A DNA stretch of 62,653 nt, counting the filler, from Stramenopiles sp. TOSAG23-2 (taxonomy: Eukaryota), in the NCBI GenBank assembly GCA_900128395.1. It is 8 parts of 8 records of this genome, joined end to end, with 100 filler letters (N's around TTAATTAATTAA, not from the genome) between each part and the next. Parts side by side here need not be neighbours in the genome. Positions count along the whole stretch, not along the records: positions 11,614 to 23,124 come from LT649925.1; positions 23,225 to 34,728 come from LT649926.1; 6 more parts are not named here. One strand, 5' to 3'. Under the pieces are notes generated by a model. It did not search any database. It saw nothing but the letters and a program-made list of their open reading frames with translations, and was not told the DNA's origin. This document shows positions 20,781 through 32,978 of the stretch, piece after piece. The position numbers and the translations under genes are program-made. Position 1 is the stretch's first letter, and each line of letters opens with the position of its first letter.

Positions 20781-23124
20781 AAATTTTTCAAAGCCATTGC
20801 ACGAGGAAAATGGGACGAGGACGGCGGTGTTACGGATCTCAGGAACAACTTATTTGATTATGGTGATAGTGACACAGATGATGAAGAACATTTAGTAAAT
20901 CATCTAACAATGGGTAGAGAAGAAGCGGCAAAATTGCGTGAAAGCGAAAATGTGCGGATTGAGAGAGAAGACTTTGAAGAAAGAGCAGAGAAAGATGTTC
21001 TAATACGCCTACTAGAACGACATAATGGTATTAAATCGCTGGGGAAAAAAATGGGTACTGTTGCGTTCGTCTTGTTTCTTTTTTGTATATTTTTTGGAAG
21101 AATGACGCCAGATCCAAGTTTACAGTATATCTTAAATCGACTTTCATTATTCCCATTTTTCATAGTCATTTGCACGTTAGGATGTCTAATGTTACATAAA
21201 AAACAATTTTATGGATCGTATAAAAGGAAAGATCGTGTGATATTGTGGGTTGCATTACTCGGTTGTGTCTCATCTTTTATGGCGTTGACATATTACGGTG
21301 TATCCCCATCTACTACTCTGAGTATAATTTTACCTCCTTTAACTCTAGGCTTGTCAGTTGGACTTTTTTCGTCGTCAGCTTTATTTTTAAAAAGATCATT
21401 TCGTCAATGGTCTGATGGCTTGAAACAAATATCAATAATTATTTCGACTTTATGTTTAGGTGGCCCACTCGGTGCAATCGTTGGCGTGATTCGTCTCCAG
21501 GCTTCATCTATTGATATAGTACCAGCAGGGACGCTTGGTAACCTTGTGATGGTGGTTGTAATAGGTGGCGCATATTTAATACTTTTGACTAATAAGAAAG
21601 TACAGAAAAAAGTGGAACATTTGAAAGGTACTAGTCGATTGTTTGTTAGTATATGTGGTGTCTTTGTAGCTATACCATGTACAGCAAGAGTTTTAGCTCA
21701 TATGTTAGACCCCACATATACAGAATATACTGGAGGTACTGAAGACCGTGATTTATCGTTTCTTGTTGCATTGATGGTAATTTCAATTTCTGTTGGGATT
21801 TTATTTGCCGCGCATGAAGAAACGCATAAATTATTTGGCGGCCAGATTAAAGTCAATGTAGTCTTGGCATTGTACATTTTTATGATTTCAGCATTTCCAT
21901 TTTTCTTACCTTTTGAATTTTTGAGAAAGACTATACAGCAAACTCTATTTGCTGATATTTGTTTTATGATTTTTTCATTGCTAATTCTGTACATGGCATG
22001 GTTTGGATTATTAAGTGTAGTATTTATATTTAACAAAGCCGAGGCAAAACGATTTAAACTGCTTATGAAGCACACGTTTGATACAAGTAGTGACGAAAGT
22101 TCAGATGATGATTCAAGTGACAGCTCCGTATCGTCAACACTTGTTGGTACCGTACGAATCTTTTACGACAGCATGCATGCGTTATTCAAAGAGTTTAAAG
22201 CATTTGCGCGTGCAAGCAAAGTTTTACGCGAATGGAAATTTGCTTCTTTTGTATATTTGTTTGCGTTTTCGCCTTGGCTGGTATTAACATCTTCCATAAT
22301 TAGAAGGCCAAGACTTCAAAGCCTCTTTGGTGTAAATATAAACGAGGTCACAAGAGTTAATATTTTTACTGTCTCTGCTGGTCTTGCTGGAATTTCTTTT
22401 TTCATATTATTGTACATCATTGCATATTGGAATCGATCGGTTAGAAAAAAAATTTCAAAGTCACAACAGAGAACGATTTCATTTGTGTTTGTAGGTGTTT
22501 TATTTCTAGTATATCCCATTCATCTTTTGCAAAATGTTCTCCCGTTTTCATATGCCTTATATGTATCATTTTTGTTAATGTTTTTCTCAGCCATGGTAGG
22601 GCTGCAAACGTTTTATGACTTCATTTATGTGAGCTTTAAAAGTCGTCAGTATAGAAAACAAATACTGTTGTATATATTAGGGATGTTTTTGCCGACGTAT
22701 ATGATTGAAATATTCTTCTTTATGGCAATTGACATTTTGAAAGATGTAGGCCCAATCACATACAACAGCTTCGAAATGCTGGCAATAGGATCTCCAATTG
22801 CAACAGTTTTATATGGAGCATGGATTTTTTTAATAAAGTGGAGGATTCAGCAGACAATCAACGTTGTAGAGCAAAAGGCATTTTCAATTTTGTATGTCAT
22901 AATCTTCATTACATGCGCAATTTTGCTGTGCATTTCAAACACGTTTAAAGTGTTTTCGTTTAACATTTGGGGAGGGGGGGATGATGATCAACATGCTAGA
23001 TTATTCATTGTCATTCTAAGTTTAAGCATCTCGTCGATTTTAACCATTATTCTCCTTGCAATTCTATTATGGCTCCTTGCGCAATATCCTGCAAAAACAA
23101 AGCTACCGCCAGGGCTGATAGAAT
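20772..23124 (+). CDS. Large polytopic membrane protein of unknown function, 3'-truncated by the linker
   Basis: About 780 open codons with many hydrophobic helices; the ORF runs into the N linker. Confidence 0.65.
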
Positions 23125-23224
23125 NNNNNNNNNNNNNNNNNNNNNNNNNNNNNNNNNNNNNNNNNNNNTTAATTAATTAANNNNNNNNNNNNNNNNNNNN
23201 NNNNNNNNNNNNNNNNNNNNNNNN
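23125..23224. other. Artificial contig linker
   Basis: N44-TTAATTAATTAA-N44. Confidence 0.98.
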
Positions 23225-23574
23225 GTAATGGTATTGTAGTGCTACTATTATCAAAAGATATTTTACCTTAATTTACAGGCACTAGAGCTGCCATATCCCC
23301 CTGTGTCTAATTGTAATACTAGTTATAGTGTACCACCAATAAGCTGTGTGCGATCTTTTTCTTGATGCGAATACTGTAGTAGCTAGTATCATACTACCTG
23401 TAACTATTACCAGATTATTATATAATTAATAATTGATGAATGTCGTAAATAATAACACATTATTATGATCAATGAAGATATTATACACAAATATATATAC
23501 ATATATATTCTGTTTCAACCAATTGAACAATCCCATATACATAACCAGTAAGTGTAGATAAATACAAAAATACA

Positions 23575-25428
23575 ATGGCATCGATCAGTGTTAGTATCAA
23601 CCTTACGGAAAAAATAATAGAAGATTTTGTAAATAATTCAACTTTAACTTCTTCATCTTCCAGTAGCGAGTTTCCACCAAATGTAATAATTAGAAAGGCA
23701 TCTAAATGGTCGAAATTAACAGGTAGACCAAATACAAAACTACCTGCAGGTCCAGCAGCTGCTTTGGATATTGTGTTTGATCCGTGGTTTGATTTATGGA
23801 TAACCGAGACAGTTTCATTTAGAATCGTTTTTCCAAAAGCTTTCCCAACGGTACCACCAATAGTTTTTTGTCATAATATGTGGCCTAATAAATATAAAAG
23901 AGTAGCACCTTGTAACTCAGACGAGCAGGTAGTAAGTGAGTCCGGCCTTGTTAATTTGTACATACTCAGCGAGGCAGGGTGGCTGGAAGACTATCCACTC
24001 GAAAGTGTAGTGTATAGTTTACGATTTTTGTTAGAAAAATCATGTCGTTGGGACGAGAATGGTGAATATATCCACAACCGCAATTTATTACAAAGAGATG
24101 AAGATATTGGAACTATTTGGCCTAATTTTATACCAGGCCAGCCAAATAGCTCAAAAATAGCCAAAGATAACTATGGAAAAGTTGACGTGAAGCTATCATC
24201 TTGTGAAGAACAAGGAACTAGGCCAAGTATGGAAGATTCAATGATCAAAGCCATCCCATTAGGATTGCTCAATGAGAAAGGGAACAATTCTCGATATCAT
24301 TTGTTCGGTGTATTAGATGGTCATGGTGGTGCATCATGTTCATTATATGCTTCAAAACAATTAGAAAAATTGATAGGCCAAGAATTATCAGATGAAACAA
24401 TAAATCCAAGAAAAATTTTATGGCAAAACATGATGAAAGTAGACGATGATTGGATAAAAATGCAAGAAGAAGCGGAAGCTCCAAATGAATCCGGTACGAC
24501 ATCATGTGTAGTTTTATTTGACAGTAGCAAATATAAAATATATTGTTCAAATATAGGAGATTCAAGAGCATTGCTCTGTCGTGGGAATCAATGCGTTCAA
24601 CTGACTTTTGATCAAAAGCCATCGCATCCACGGGAAATGGCATATACAGTTGAAAATGGTGGCTTCATAACCGGTGATCGTATCAATGGATCATTAGGTG
24701 TAGCACGTGCTATTGGGGATATGTACTTTAAAGAAGACGGATATCGATATATGAGTAGTGAGCCGGATATAACAGAGATTGCGCTTACACCACAAGATCG
24801 CTTCATTTTATGTGCTTGTGATGGATTGTATGATGTAATGAATAATGATGAAATTATTGCATTTATTTTAGAACGTTTGAGGGAGGAAAAAGATATGACA
24901 ACTATTTTAAAAGAACTTGTTTCTCATGCAATTGATGTACTATGCTCAACTGATAATGTATCAGTTTGTGTATTAGAGTTGAACTGGGTCGATCAAGATA
25001 CAAATGATTTATCTTTAAGTAATCTGCCAAAGGCACCACTCAAAAAACAAAATTTCGATGAAATTAGACGCCGATCACGTTCACGAACTCGTCGTACCAC
25101 AAAGCTATTCTCACAAACAACATTACAAGATGCTGGGCTTGCAGAAAAAACAATTGTTACTGCAACAGAGAAGCGGAAACTATTAAGTAAATTAGACGAA
25201 GAAGTTGCAAAAAAGACGGAAAAAGTAGGTGGAGGTATATCACATGAATATTGGAGTGAACATACAGATGACAAAGGACGTACATATTATTTTAATGAAA
25301 CAACACAAACCTCCACATGGACAAAACCTGAATCATTGAAATGGTTAAAAGCAGAAAGTGATGATGGTAGAATATATTATTATCACGAAGAGACAAGAGA
25401 GACGTCATGGAAAAGACCCGATGTGTAA
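23575..25428 (+). CDS. PP2C (PPM) phosphatase with an N-terminal UBC/UEV-like domain and two C-terminal WW domains
   Basis: FRIVFPKAFPTVPP..SESGLVNLYIL..W (E2 fold); QGTRPSMED, GVLDGHGG, NIGDSRA, LGVARAIGD, ACDGLYD, TDNVS (PP2C); WSEHTDDKGRTYYFNETTQTSTWTKP and WLKAESDDGRIYYYHEETRETSWKRP. Confidence 0.88.
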   Translation: MASISVSINLTEKIIEDFVNNSTLTSSSSSSEFPPNVIIRKASKWSKLTGRPNTKLPAGPAAALDIVFDPWFDLWITETVSFRIVFPKAFPTVPPIVFCHNMWPNKYKRVAPCNSDEQVVSESGLVNLYILSEAGWLEDYPLESVVYSLRFLLEKSCRWDENGEYIHNRNLLQRDEDIGTIWPNFIPGQPNSSKIAKDNYGKVDVKLSSCEEQGTRPSMEDSMIKAIPLGLLNEKGNNSRYHLFGVLDGHGGASCSLYASKQLEKLIGQELSDETINPRKILWQNMMKVDDDWIKMQEEAEAPNESGTTSCVVLFDSSKYKIYCSNIGDSRALLCRGNQCVQLTFDQKPSHPREMAYTVENGGFITGDRINGSLGVARAIGDMYFKEDGYRYMSSEPDITEIALTPQDRFILCACDGLYDVMNNDEIIAFILERLREEKDMTTILKELVSHAIDVLCSTDNVSVCVLELNWVDQDTNDLSLSNLPKAPLKKQNFDEIRRRSRSRTRRTTKLFSQTTLQDAGLAEKTIVTATEKRKLLSKLDEEVAKKTEKVGGGISHEYWSEHTDDKGRTYYFNETTQTSTWTKPESLKWLKAESDDGRIYYYHEETRETSWKRPDV

Positions 25429-25737
25429 AATTATGTCTCCTCGCAGATGTTCGTATAAAATAAAATTGTGTGTGGTTAATTGCTGGCCCAGCTGGCGAAA
25501 AAGCAAAACGGACATTTGGCACGTAAAAAGTATTTTTTGTACCGAAGTAAATTTAATACTCTCTCTCTAGTAATATTATGCTTTTTGATTAAATATGCAG
25601 ATCTCTGTGATGTGCACTCTTTTTTGTGTGTGATACATATCATATACGACTCGTAATAAAATGTATTTTTTACATCATATTTATGATCACAACTATTATA
25701 CGGTTCGTAAGTAAAAGTCGTACGAACGTATAGGTTT

Positions 25738-27189
25738 TTACATCATCATGTTACCACTATTGCTACTACTATTACTGTAGCTTGGATTATCTTTACTAAT
25801 TGCTTCACGCTCTTGTTCTGTAAAACGTCTTACAATTTTCAGTTCACAATTGCTACATCTAAAACAACGACGTCTAATATATAAAATTCCTCTAAAACCA
25901 GTAAGTTTTGTTTTGAAAAAGTTTTTAATCAAATCAGGGCGAAAAACCACGTTGCGCGAATGGTGGACACTAAAATCTAAATAAATTTCCTTTAATTGTT
26001 GAAATTTCAAAATTTGTTGCATTGATGTCACTGTAATATCCCTAAATTTGTCCCAAGATAATGAAGTGATCGAAAATTTCTCAAGCAATGGCAAACTTTC
26101 AATGATTTTATTCAAGAACTCGTTCCCCTTTATGGATCTCCTCAACAACCATGATGGATTTTCTTCACGAGAAAGATCACATTGTCTCATGAAAGCTTTA
26201 TCATATGGCACACTCAAGAATTTCAAATCTTTGAAACCAAGAATACCATGGATCATAATGTCCAATGGCATACTTTTAACATCCAGGGTTAGCATCTTAA
26301 GCTTGGGCAATACTGCTGGCAACATAGCTAAATATTGTTTTTTTTTGTCATGATCAGCATTAGCATACTCTGTCAAGCTTCCTTTATCATACCACAAAAA
26401 CCCATACATAAAAAGCGTAAGCGATTTTAAGTTTTCAAAGTTTTTCAAAAAATTTTGTAATTTCAATGCACAAGTTTCTGTTGAACCAACATACGAAAAA
26501 CCTCCCATAGAGATTTCAATACCACTCAATGATTCCAATAAAACTGGCTGCGCAATGCTATTTGCTATCAAGTCATATTTAGTTTCATCTGCTTTTATAA
26601 ACAGGTCTTTTAACAGTGGAAGCTTATCAAAGATTTTTTTGCCTATTGTATTTGTTACTTGTACTTTATCTGGATAACTAAATTTGGTAACACTAGAAGT
26701 CCAACTTCGTGAGTTTAAAAATGCATGTAAGTCACCCAACCTTTTCATCTTGTCTTGCTTAATTGGAAATGGTTTCAGTGATGGCATCACTATAGCACCT
26801 GAATTTTCATTGCGTAAAATTTTCAACATTGAACGATTTACAATTTCACATTTTGTGAAATCTATAGTACTTAAAAAACTGCAAATGTGAAGGAATAAAA
26901 CTATCGGTAATTCAAAATTTTGGTTCATCATAACTACTTCATTCATTTCTTTTAGTTTTTGTTTCATCAAACGAGCATCTGATTCAAGAGCTTCCCTTTT
27001 CAAAATATTAACAGCACCTTGTAACAATTTTACGTCATTATATGTAAAGTCTCTCCCATTAATTGCTTTCAATGTCTGTGCGATTGTTTTGACATTACGC
27101 TTTGCTGTTAAGACGCCTGTTTCACCAGTAGTAACTCCAGTAGCAGAATTATTCCTGTTTTTTCGCTTTTTCTTTGCATTCCCATCCAT
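25738..27189 (-). CDS. F-box/LRR-like protein (start uncertain)
   Basis: FELPIVLFLHICSFLSTIDFTKCEIVNRSM F-box; LPLLKDL, LKSLTL, LPKLKMLTL and LPLLEKFSI LRR-like repeats; first in-frame ATG at 27189. Confidence 0.7.
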   Translation of the reverse strand: MDGNAKKKRKNRNNSATGVTTGETGVLTAKRNVKTIAQTLKAINGRDFTYNDVKLLQGAVNILKREALESDARLMKQKLKEMNEVVMMNQNFELPIVLFLHICSFLSTIDFTKCEIVNRSMLKILRNENSGAIVMPSLKPFPIKQDKMKRLGDLHAFLNSRSWTSSVTKFSYPDKVQVTNTIGKKIFDKLPLLKDLFIKADETKYDLIANSIAQPVLLESLSGIEISMGGFSYVGSTETCALKLQNFLKNFENLKSLTLFMYGFLWYDKGSLTEYANADHDKKKQYLAMLPAVLPKLKMLTLDVKSMPLDIMIHGILGFKDLKFLSVPYDKAFMRQCDLSREENPSWLLRRSIKGNEFLNKIIESLPLLEKFSITSLSWDKFRDITVTSMQQILKFQQLKEIYLDFSVHHSRNVVFRPDLIKNFFKTKLTGFRGILYIRRRCFRCSNCELKIVRRFTEQEREAISKDNPSYSNSSSNSGNMMM

Positions 27190-27824
27190 TTTCCCTCTTC
27201 TACGACCCTTCACAACAAAACTTGTAGAAATTAATAATATAAATACAAAAATTTATCTGCACGTATATCTATACCTGTGTATTTAATAACAATATATATA
27301 TACGTATACATGTACATATGGATGTATGATGATATATACACAAATAGAAATTTCTTTAGTGTATATATCTATATGTATACAGTATAGTTAATAGAGGTCA
27401 TCTTCTTATAAATCAAAAGAAGAGATGATCTAGATCTGCGGGGATGATCTTTTTTGTCTTTAGGAAATTTGATAGGTATATTTACATATAATGGTATAAA
27501 ATTCATTATACTTTATATGTGATGTGAGGTTCACCCGCCTTCCTTTCCTTATATTTATTTCATTTATTCACACACGTAAAAATACCTAGTACTCTATAAT
27601 CAGGCAATCCAGCAATCAGGCTACGAGGAAATTATATACTTCGTAATACATACCTGATATAAGCATACAGGTATTTAAATAAAATTAAAATTAAAATTAA
27701 AATAGACACACACCATTTTTCAACTTTTTATATTTTAATTAGACGACGGAGGGATAAAAAATAATTATTCGCGTATTAACGTTTTTAGAGATTTGAATCA
27801 TTAGCGTTCGATTAACTTTCTTAT

Positions 27825-29114
27825 TTAAAGCATAACCAATGCCTTCACTCCAGGCAAATCTTTTCCTTCCAATAATTCTAAACTTGCTCCACCACCTGTA
27901 CTAACATGGCTCACTTTATCTTCCGTATTAAATTTTTTACAACAAGTAGCAGTATCACCACCACCAATAATCGTAGTTGTACCATCATTTGTTGCTTCAA
28001 CAACAGAATCCATAATACTTTTAGTTCCAGTTGCAAAATTATCAAACTCAAAGACCCCCATAGGACCATTCCATACAATTGTCTTTGCACGTTTGACCGC
28101 TTCACAAAATGATTTTGTGGATTCAGGTCCAATATCTAACCCCATCCAATTTTCTGGTATACCATCATCATCACTAACAACTTTAAATTCAGCATCTGCA
28201 GCAAATTTACTAGCGGCGACATGATCAAATGGAAGATGGATTTGTATATTTTTTGCATTTGCAGTTGATATAATATCAGCAACAATTTTTGCCCCTTCAT
28301 CATCAAATAAAGAGCTACCAATATTAACATTGTTCATAACTTTTTTAAATGTATATGCCATACCGCCACCAATTATAATTTCATCTGCTTTCGTTAATAG
28401 ATTTTGTATAAGTTGAATCTTATCGCTTACCTTCGCACCGCCTAATATACATAAAAATGGGCGCGCGGGAGCATTTAATGCTTTACCAAAATAATCCAAT
28501 TCTTTTTGCAACAATTTTCCAGCACAGCGATGTTTATGCAATGAACCAACCATACTACTATGTGCCCTATGTGCAGTGCCAAACGCATCGTTGACATATA
28601 AATCACCTAACAAATTAAGTGACTTACGAAATTCTTCCACTTTGCTTGATTCAGCTTTTATTTTATTGCCATCTTGATCAACACCTTTACCTTCTTCCTC
28701 TACATGAAAACGTAGATTTTCCAATAAGAAAACACTTCCATTTGCAGGATCTGTACAGGTTTCAACGGTTACAGCACCTACACAATCAGGCAAAAAGGTC
28801 ACTTTCGTATCAAGTAATTTTTCAAGTCTTGCTGCAACTATACTCAAGGATAGTTTTTCATTGACTTGACCTTTCGGTCTGCCAAGATGTGACATAAGTA
28901 CTACAGACTTAGCTTTTCCTTCATTCAACGCATATTTTATCGTTGGTATTGCACCAACAATACGTTGATCATTTGTGATTTCACCAGTTTGTTTATCCAA
29001 AGGAACATTAAAATCAACACGCATTAATACACGTTTACCTTCGACTTCATTTTTTTCCACAAGATCTCCCAATGTTAAACGTCTTCCTAACTTTGCTCTT
29101 TTTAATTCAGCCAT
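27825..29114 (-). CDS. PGK: Phosphoglycerate kinase
   Basis: [77 protein letters not shown]. Confidence 0.98.
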   Translation of the reverse strand: MAELKRAKLGRRLTLGDLVEKNEVEGKRVLMRVDFNVPLDKQTGEITNDQRIVGAIPTIKYALNEGKAKSVVLMSHLGRPKGQVNEKLSLSIVAARLEKLLDTKVTFLPDCVGAVTVETCTDPANGSVFLLENLRFHVEEEGKGVDQDGNKIKAESSKVEEFRKSLNLLGDLYVNDAFGTAHRAHSSMVGSLHKHRCAGKLLQKELDYFGKALNAPARPFLCILGGAKVSDKIQLIQNLLTKADEIIIGGGMAYTFKKVMNNVNIGSSLFDDEGAKIVADIISTANAKNIQIHLPFDHVAASKFAADAEFKVVSDDDGIPENWMGLDIGPESTKSFCEAVKRAKTIVWNGPMGVFEFDNFATGTKSIMDSVVEATNDGTTTIIGGGDTATCCKKFNTEDKVSHVSTGGGASLELLEGKDLPGVKALVML

Positions 29115-29848
29115 ATTTTGTATTATATTTTCAAATTAATATATTGTATATTTATTTCTTCTCTTCGTTTTTTTTTTTTGTTTTTTGTCTTATTTTCCCA
29201 CTTGTTTGTAGTGGATGATGATATCTTTATCTTTCGTCTTTCTTTTTTCTTGAATAACTATAGTATATAAATCTATATATATCTCTACTGTATCTATTCG
29301 TTTGTTTTATTAATTTATTTATTTATTAGTCTATTGAATCTATTTTAGCTTACTCCCACTTACTGCCGCACTATCGATACTGGCTTAAAAATTTGTGGAT
29401 CAAACTGCTGCGGCAAAAAAAAATTAAAAAAATGATGTGCCTGCCTAAAAGTGTGCTGATGTGGTGTTATGTTGATGGTGTGATGATGAAAAAAAAGGTA
29501 AGAGTGAAAAATTACTTTTACAATAACTTTGATATTATTAGAATTACATATATTAATATAGAAATAGCATTATAATATAATATTTTCAATATTATAGTCG
29601 TCTAGCTATACTACTATTTTTTTATTAGTAGTACTTACCCTTAATAAGAACTACAGTACTACTTACAGTAATTAGACTTTTAAACCTAAACTGTATTATA
29701 ATATAAATATTTAAATTGATTTTTGGATATGAAATGTGCAAATCCTATCTATAGTATGAGGGAGAAAAAAAAAAGATACTCTGATGGTATTATAGTTTAT
29801 GTTAGATGCCCAACGAATCAACGAAAAAAAAAGAGAGAGAAAAAAAAG

Positions 29849-30790
29849 ATGGTATTATTATTGCATTCTTGGATATTAATAATAATAGTTGTAATAAATA
29901 TTGTAATACAACATTCATATGGAAAAATAATAGGTTGTTCAGTTATTCCACATGGTGATTTTGCATATGATCCATCCTTAGTTGATAATAAAAATGGCAG
30001 TTTAAAAGTTCATATTGGTGCAGTAGAAGCTGGTAAATATATTGATTCACTTGAACCAGATATTATTATACTCACAACACCACATAATATTGCCATGACG
30101 AATAATTTTGCAGTCTTTAAAAATTCTATTGGTACAGGTTTTGCTGAATTGGGTGACGATTTACATAATGAATCATTCCATCATAAATATAAAATATATC
30201 GTAATGCTTCTATGGATGCTGATTTATCGAATAATTTTGTGAGAAAAATGCACAATTCATATCAATTAAATGTCAGTGGGCTGATGTCTTTTGCCGATGG
30301 TCAACCACAGGAATTAGGATGGGGAGAAATAATTCCAATGTCATTTTTATCAAATGCAACAATAAAAAAAGCAAAATTTATATTTATTAATTTACCAGAA
30401 CGTCGTTATAATCATTCAAAAGAAATGATTCCAGAATTGCTGAATTTAGGAAAGCATGTTTTTGATTTTTTTGATCCATTGACTGAAAAAGTTGCGTTTA
30501 TTGGTAGTAGCGATTTAGCACATACACATTTAAAATCTGGTCCATATGGATATAGTAAATATGCAGAGCCATTTGATCAATTTTCAGGGATGTGGGCAAA
30601 CAACCCAAAAGAAAATGAAGATAAATTGTTAATAAACGCTGGTAATATAGAAATTTATGCTATGTCCTGTGGTTTTCCATCCTTAGTTATTTTAAATGGT
30701 CTTTTGCGTAATGATTGGAATCGATGGGAACCAAAGTTATTTGCAAATGAACACCCAACATATTATGGCATGCTTGTCAGTATTTATTAA
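29849..30790 (+). CDS. Secreted LigB/Memo-like (extradiol dioxygenase subunit B fold) protein
   Basis: Signal-like MVLLLHSWILIIIVVINIVI; VIPHG, PDIIILTTPH, WGEIIP, FIGSSDLAH, FD, SCG, PTYYGMLV motifs. Confidence 0.75.
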   Translation: MVLLLHSWILIIIVVINIVIQHSYGKIIGCSVIPHGDFAYDPSLVDNKNGSLKVHIGAVEAGKYIDSLEPDIIILTTPHNIAMTNNFAVFKNSIGTGFAELGDDLHNESFHHKYKIYRNASMDADLSNNFVRKMHNSYQLNVSGLMSFADGQPQELGWGEIIPMSFLSNATIKKAKFIFINLPERRYNHSKEMIPELLNLGKHVFDFFDPLTEKVAFIGSSDLAHTHLKSGPYGYSKYAEPFDQFSGMWANNPKENEDKLLINAGNIEIYAMSCGFPSLVILNGLLRNDWNRWEPKLFANEHPTYYGMLVSIY

Positions 30791-31043
30791 AAAAAAAGAA
30801 AGAAAAAGTAGTGTGTGTGTGTGTGTGTGAGAGAGAGAGATACAACAGGGTAAAAAATAAAATATTATATTTTTATATTAAAATATTTAAAATATAAAAA
30901 TAAAAATATGATATTACGAGTACCAATGATTCAAGAATTAATAGCTGGATTGTAGTCTAGTAATATATTTTATGTGCATGAGTTATGTACATCATCCCTT
31001 TACGTTCGTAATCAAAAACAGTCTAAATAATAAACAGTGAACT

Positions 31044-32978
31044 TTAAGAAAGTGAAGATTTATGCACCTCGTTTTTTTCAATAGATAAAGAACCGGTTCT
31101 GAATCTGAAACACTCGTTGATTGCATTATAAATAACATAGTCCGAGTTGTATTTCTTTGGATGCCTCATCCAACCATCGATCATTAAAGTGAAAATGAAG
31201 AAAAACGCTTCCAATGATTCAAATGTAATTGCTTGATTTTTACAAGCTGCATCTCTTTCATCTTCCACTTCATTACACCATCCTAAAAATGGTAACATTA
31301 ACATTATGAATGACATAAGAAAACGAACACCTATTCGTACCCGTTTTGGTATCCGATGTTCACCACCTGCTTTACCTTGATGTACCATTTGTATAACAGT
31401 TGTGAAAAAAACGATTAAAAAACAACCAATACCATAAATGCATCGCTTCAACTCATCTGTCAACCCATCTTGATGAATATGATCTTCAAGAATAGAAGAG
31501 ACAAACAACACGCCTAAAATAATAGGAATATATGATAATGAAAAGACAATACCACGTAATGCAGAGACCGTCAATGCATGTTGTATATGCTTTCTTTTAT
31601 TTACTTTCCTACTTGCACTTACAGTAGGATGTTCTGCATAATCAAATGCTAGAAATTTGATACCTAAAGTGGTAATTACAGCAATAATAATTTTTGTAAT
31701 AATATATGGATCGTTTTTCAAAGTAGCTGTACCCTTGACATCTGCCCCGGCAATGCATTCACCTAACGATAAAACTACAAATAGATCAAATCGTTCAACT
31801 TGAACATGAGTATTCAATGGCACAAACTCAGTGCCATCTGTATCAGCAAGTTGTTTGCCAACGCATCCATTGCGACAACAACTGCAAAAAATTGATCGCA
31901 TTCCTTTTTTATGAATCCATTTCCTAGAACTTCCATTTGCCATCCCCAAGTGCCAACCCATCTGAACAAATACTGCAAGCCACCACCCGATCAGAAATAT
32001 TGTAGGATCTCCTGAATTTTTCCAAATAGGTATTCCAACAAATGCAGTAAATCCCCATATAATTGATTGAAGCATTTTCCATGCACTCATTTCCTTTGCA
32101 TACCTTCCAAATATTCTAGCATCTCCTGCCCATAAAATATATTGATGGTACAAAAATATATTGAATAGACATACCATTAATGTAAATATATAGTAATCAC
32201 AACTATCAGCTCTGTCTTCATCTAGTGTATGATCGCTACCTGCACATTTTCCAATCGTACGCCCGAGAAATACAAATGTAAAAACATTGACAGCGAAAAA
32301 AAATAGATGAATAGCATCTTTTTGTTCGAAGCGATTTAACAAGGTCACAATATCGGTCCAAACCATGTAGATTGGAACAAATAATGCGATACAATCTCTC
32401 ATCCCATAAAATATTTGCGCAGACAATTCACTATTAATGTCAGTTGTTGATGGAATGAATGATGAATTGTTGTGGGAGCTTGCGGATGATGATGTTGACA
32501 GTAAATGATGGCCACCACCATTGCTACTGCTACTACTGCCACTGGAATGTGTGCCTTCAGTCAAACTTATCAAATTTTTCATATTAACATGAACTAGTGT
32601 ATTCAACATATACACAAAACATAAATCTAATACAAGATCATTTGTTGTGGCAGTTCTGTGTTCGTTTGTTTTTGCTAAGGAATTTCCACCTCCTAATTTT
32701 TCTGGTAAAAAAAGTTGTCTTGGTTTTGGTTTTATATAAAGTGGTACATAAACGGAATGATGATCATGATGATGATCAGCTTCTTTATTTAAATCATCCA
32801 AATATTCTTTCATAGCTTCACTTACTTCCGAACTGTGCAAATCATGATGCCAGGTATCACCAACACTCCAAATTTTTTCTTCATTTTCCACTTTCGTTTC
32901 TGTATCTACCTCCGCAAGCACATCGTTGCTAAGTAGTGGTGTGACATCGATATTTGTTTTGTCATTAATATTCATCAT
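31044..32978 (-). CDS. LtrA (low temperature requirement A)-like polytopic membrane protein
   Basis: DLVLDLCFV near the N-terminus, NRF, HVQVERFDLFVVLSLGECI; about 10 TM segments. Confidence 0.75.
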   Translation of the reverse strand: MMNINDKTNIDVTPLLSNDVLAEVDTETKVENEEKIWSVGDTWHHDLHSSEVSEAMKEYLDDLNKEADHHHDHHSVYVPLYIKPKPRQLFLPEKLGGGNSLAKTNEHRTATTNDLVLDLCFVYMLNTLVHVNMKNLISLTEGTHSSGSSSSSNGGGHHLLSTSSSASSHNNSSFIPSTTDINSELSAQIFYGMRDCIALFVPIYMVWTDIVTLLNRFEQKDAIHLFFFAVNVFTFVFLGRTIGKCAGSDHTLDEDRADSCDYYIFTLMVCLFNIFLYHQYILWAGDARIFGRYAKEMSAWKMLQSIIWGFTAFVGIPIWKNSGDPTIFLIGWWLAVFVQMGWHLGMANGSSRKWIHKKGMRSIFCSCCRNGCVGKQLADTDGTEFVPLNTHVQVERFDLFVVLSLGECIAGADVKGTATLKNDPYIITKIIIAVITTLGIKFLAFDYAEHPTVSASRKVNKRKHIQHALTVSALRGIVFSLSYIPIILGVLFVSSILEDHIHQDGLTDELKRCIYGIGCFLIVFFTTVIQMVHQGKAGGEHRIPKRVRIGVRFLMSFIMLMLPFLGWCNEVEDERDAACKNQAITFESLEAFFFIFTLMIDGWMRHPKKYNSDYVIYNAINECFRFRTGSLSIEKNEVHKSSLS

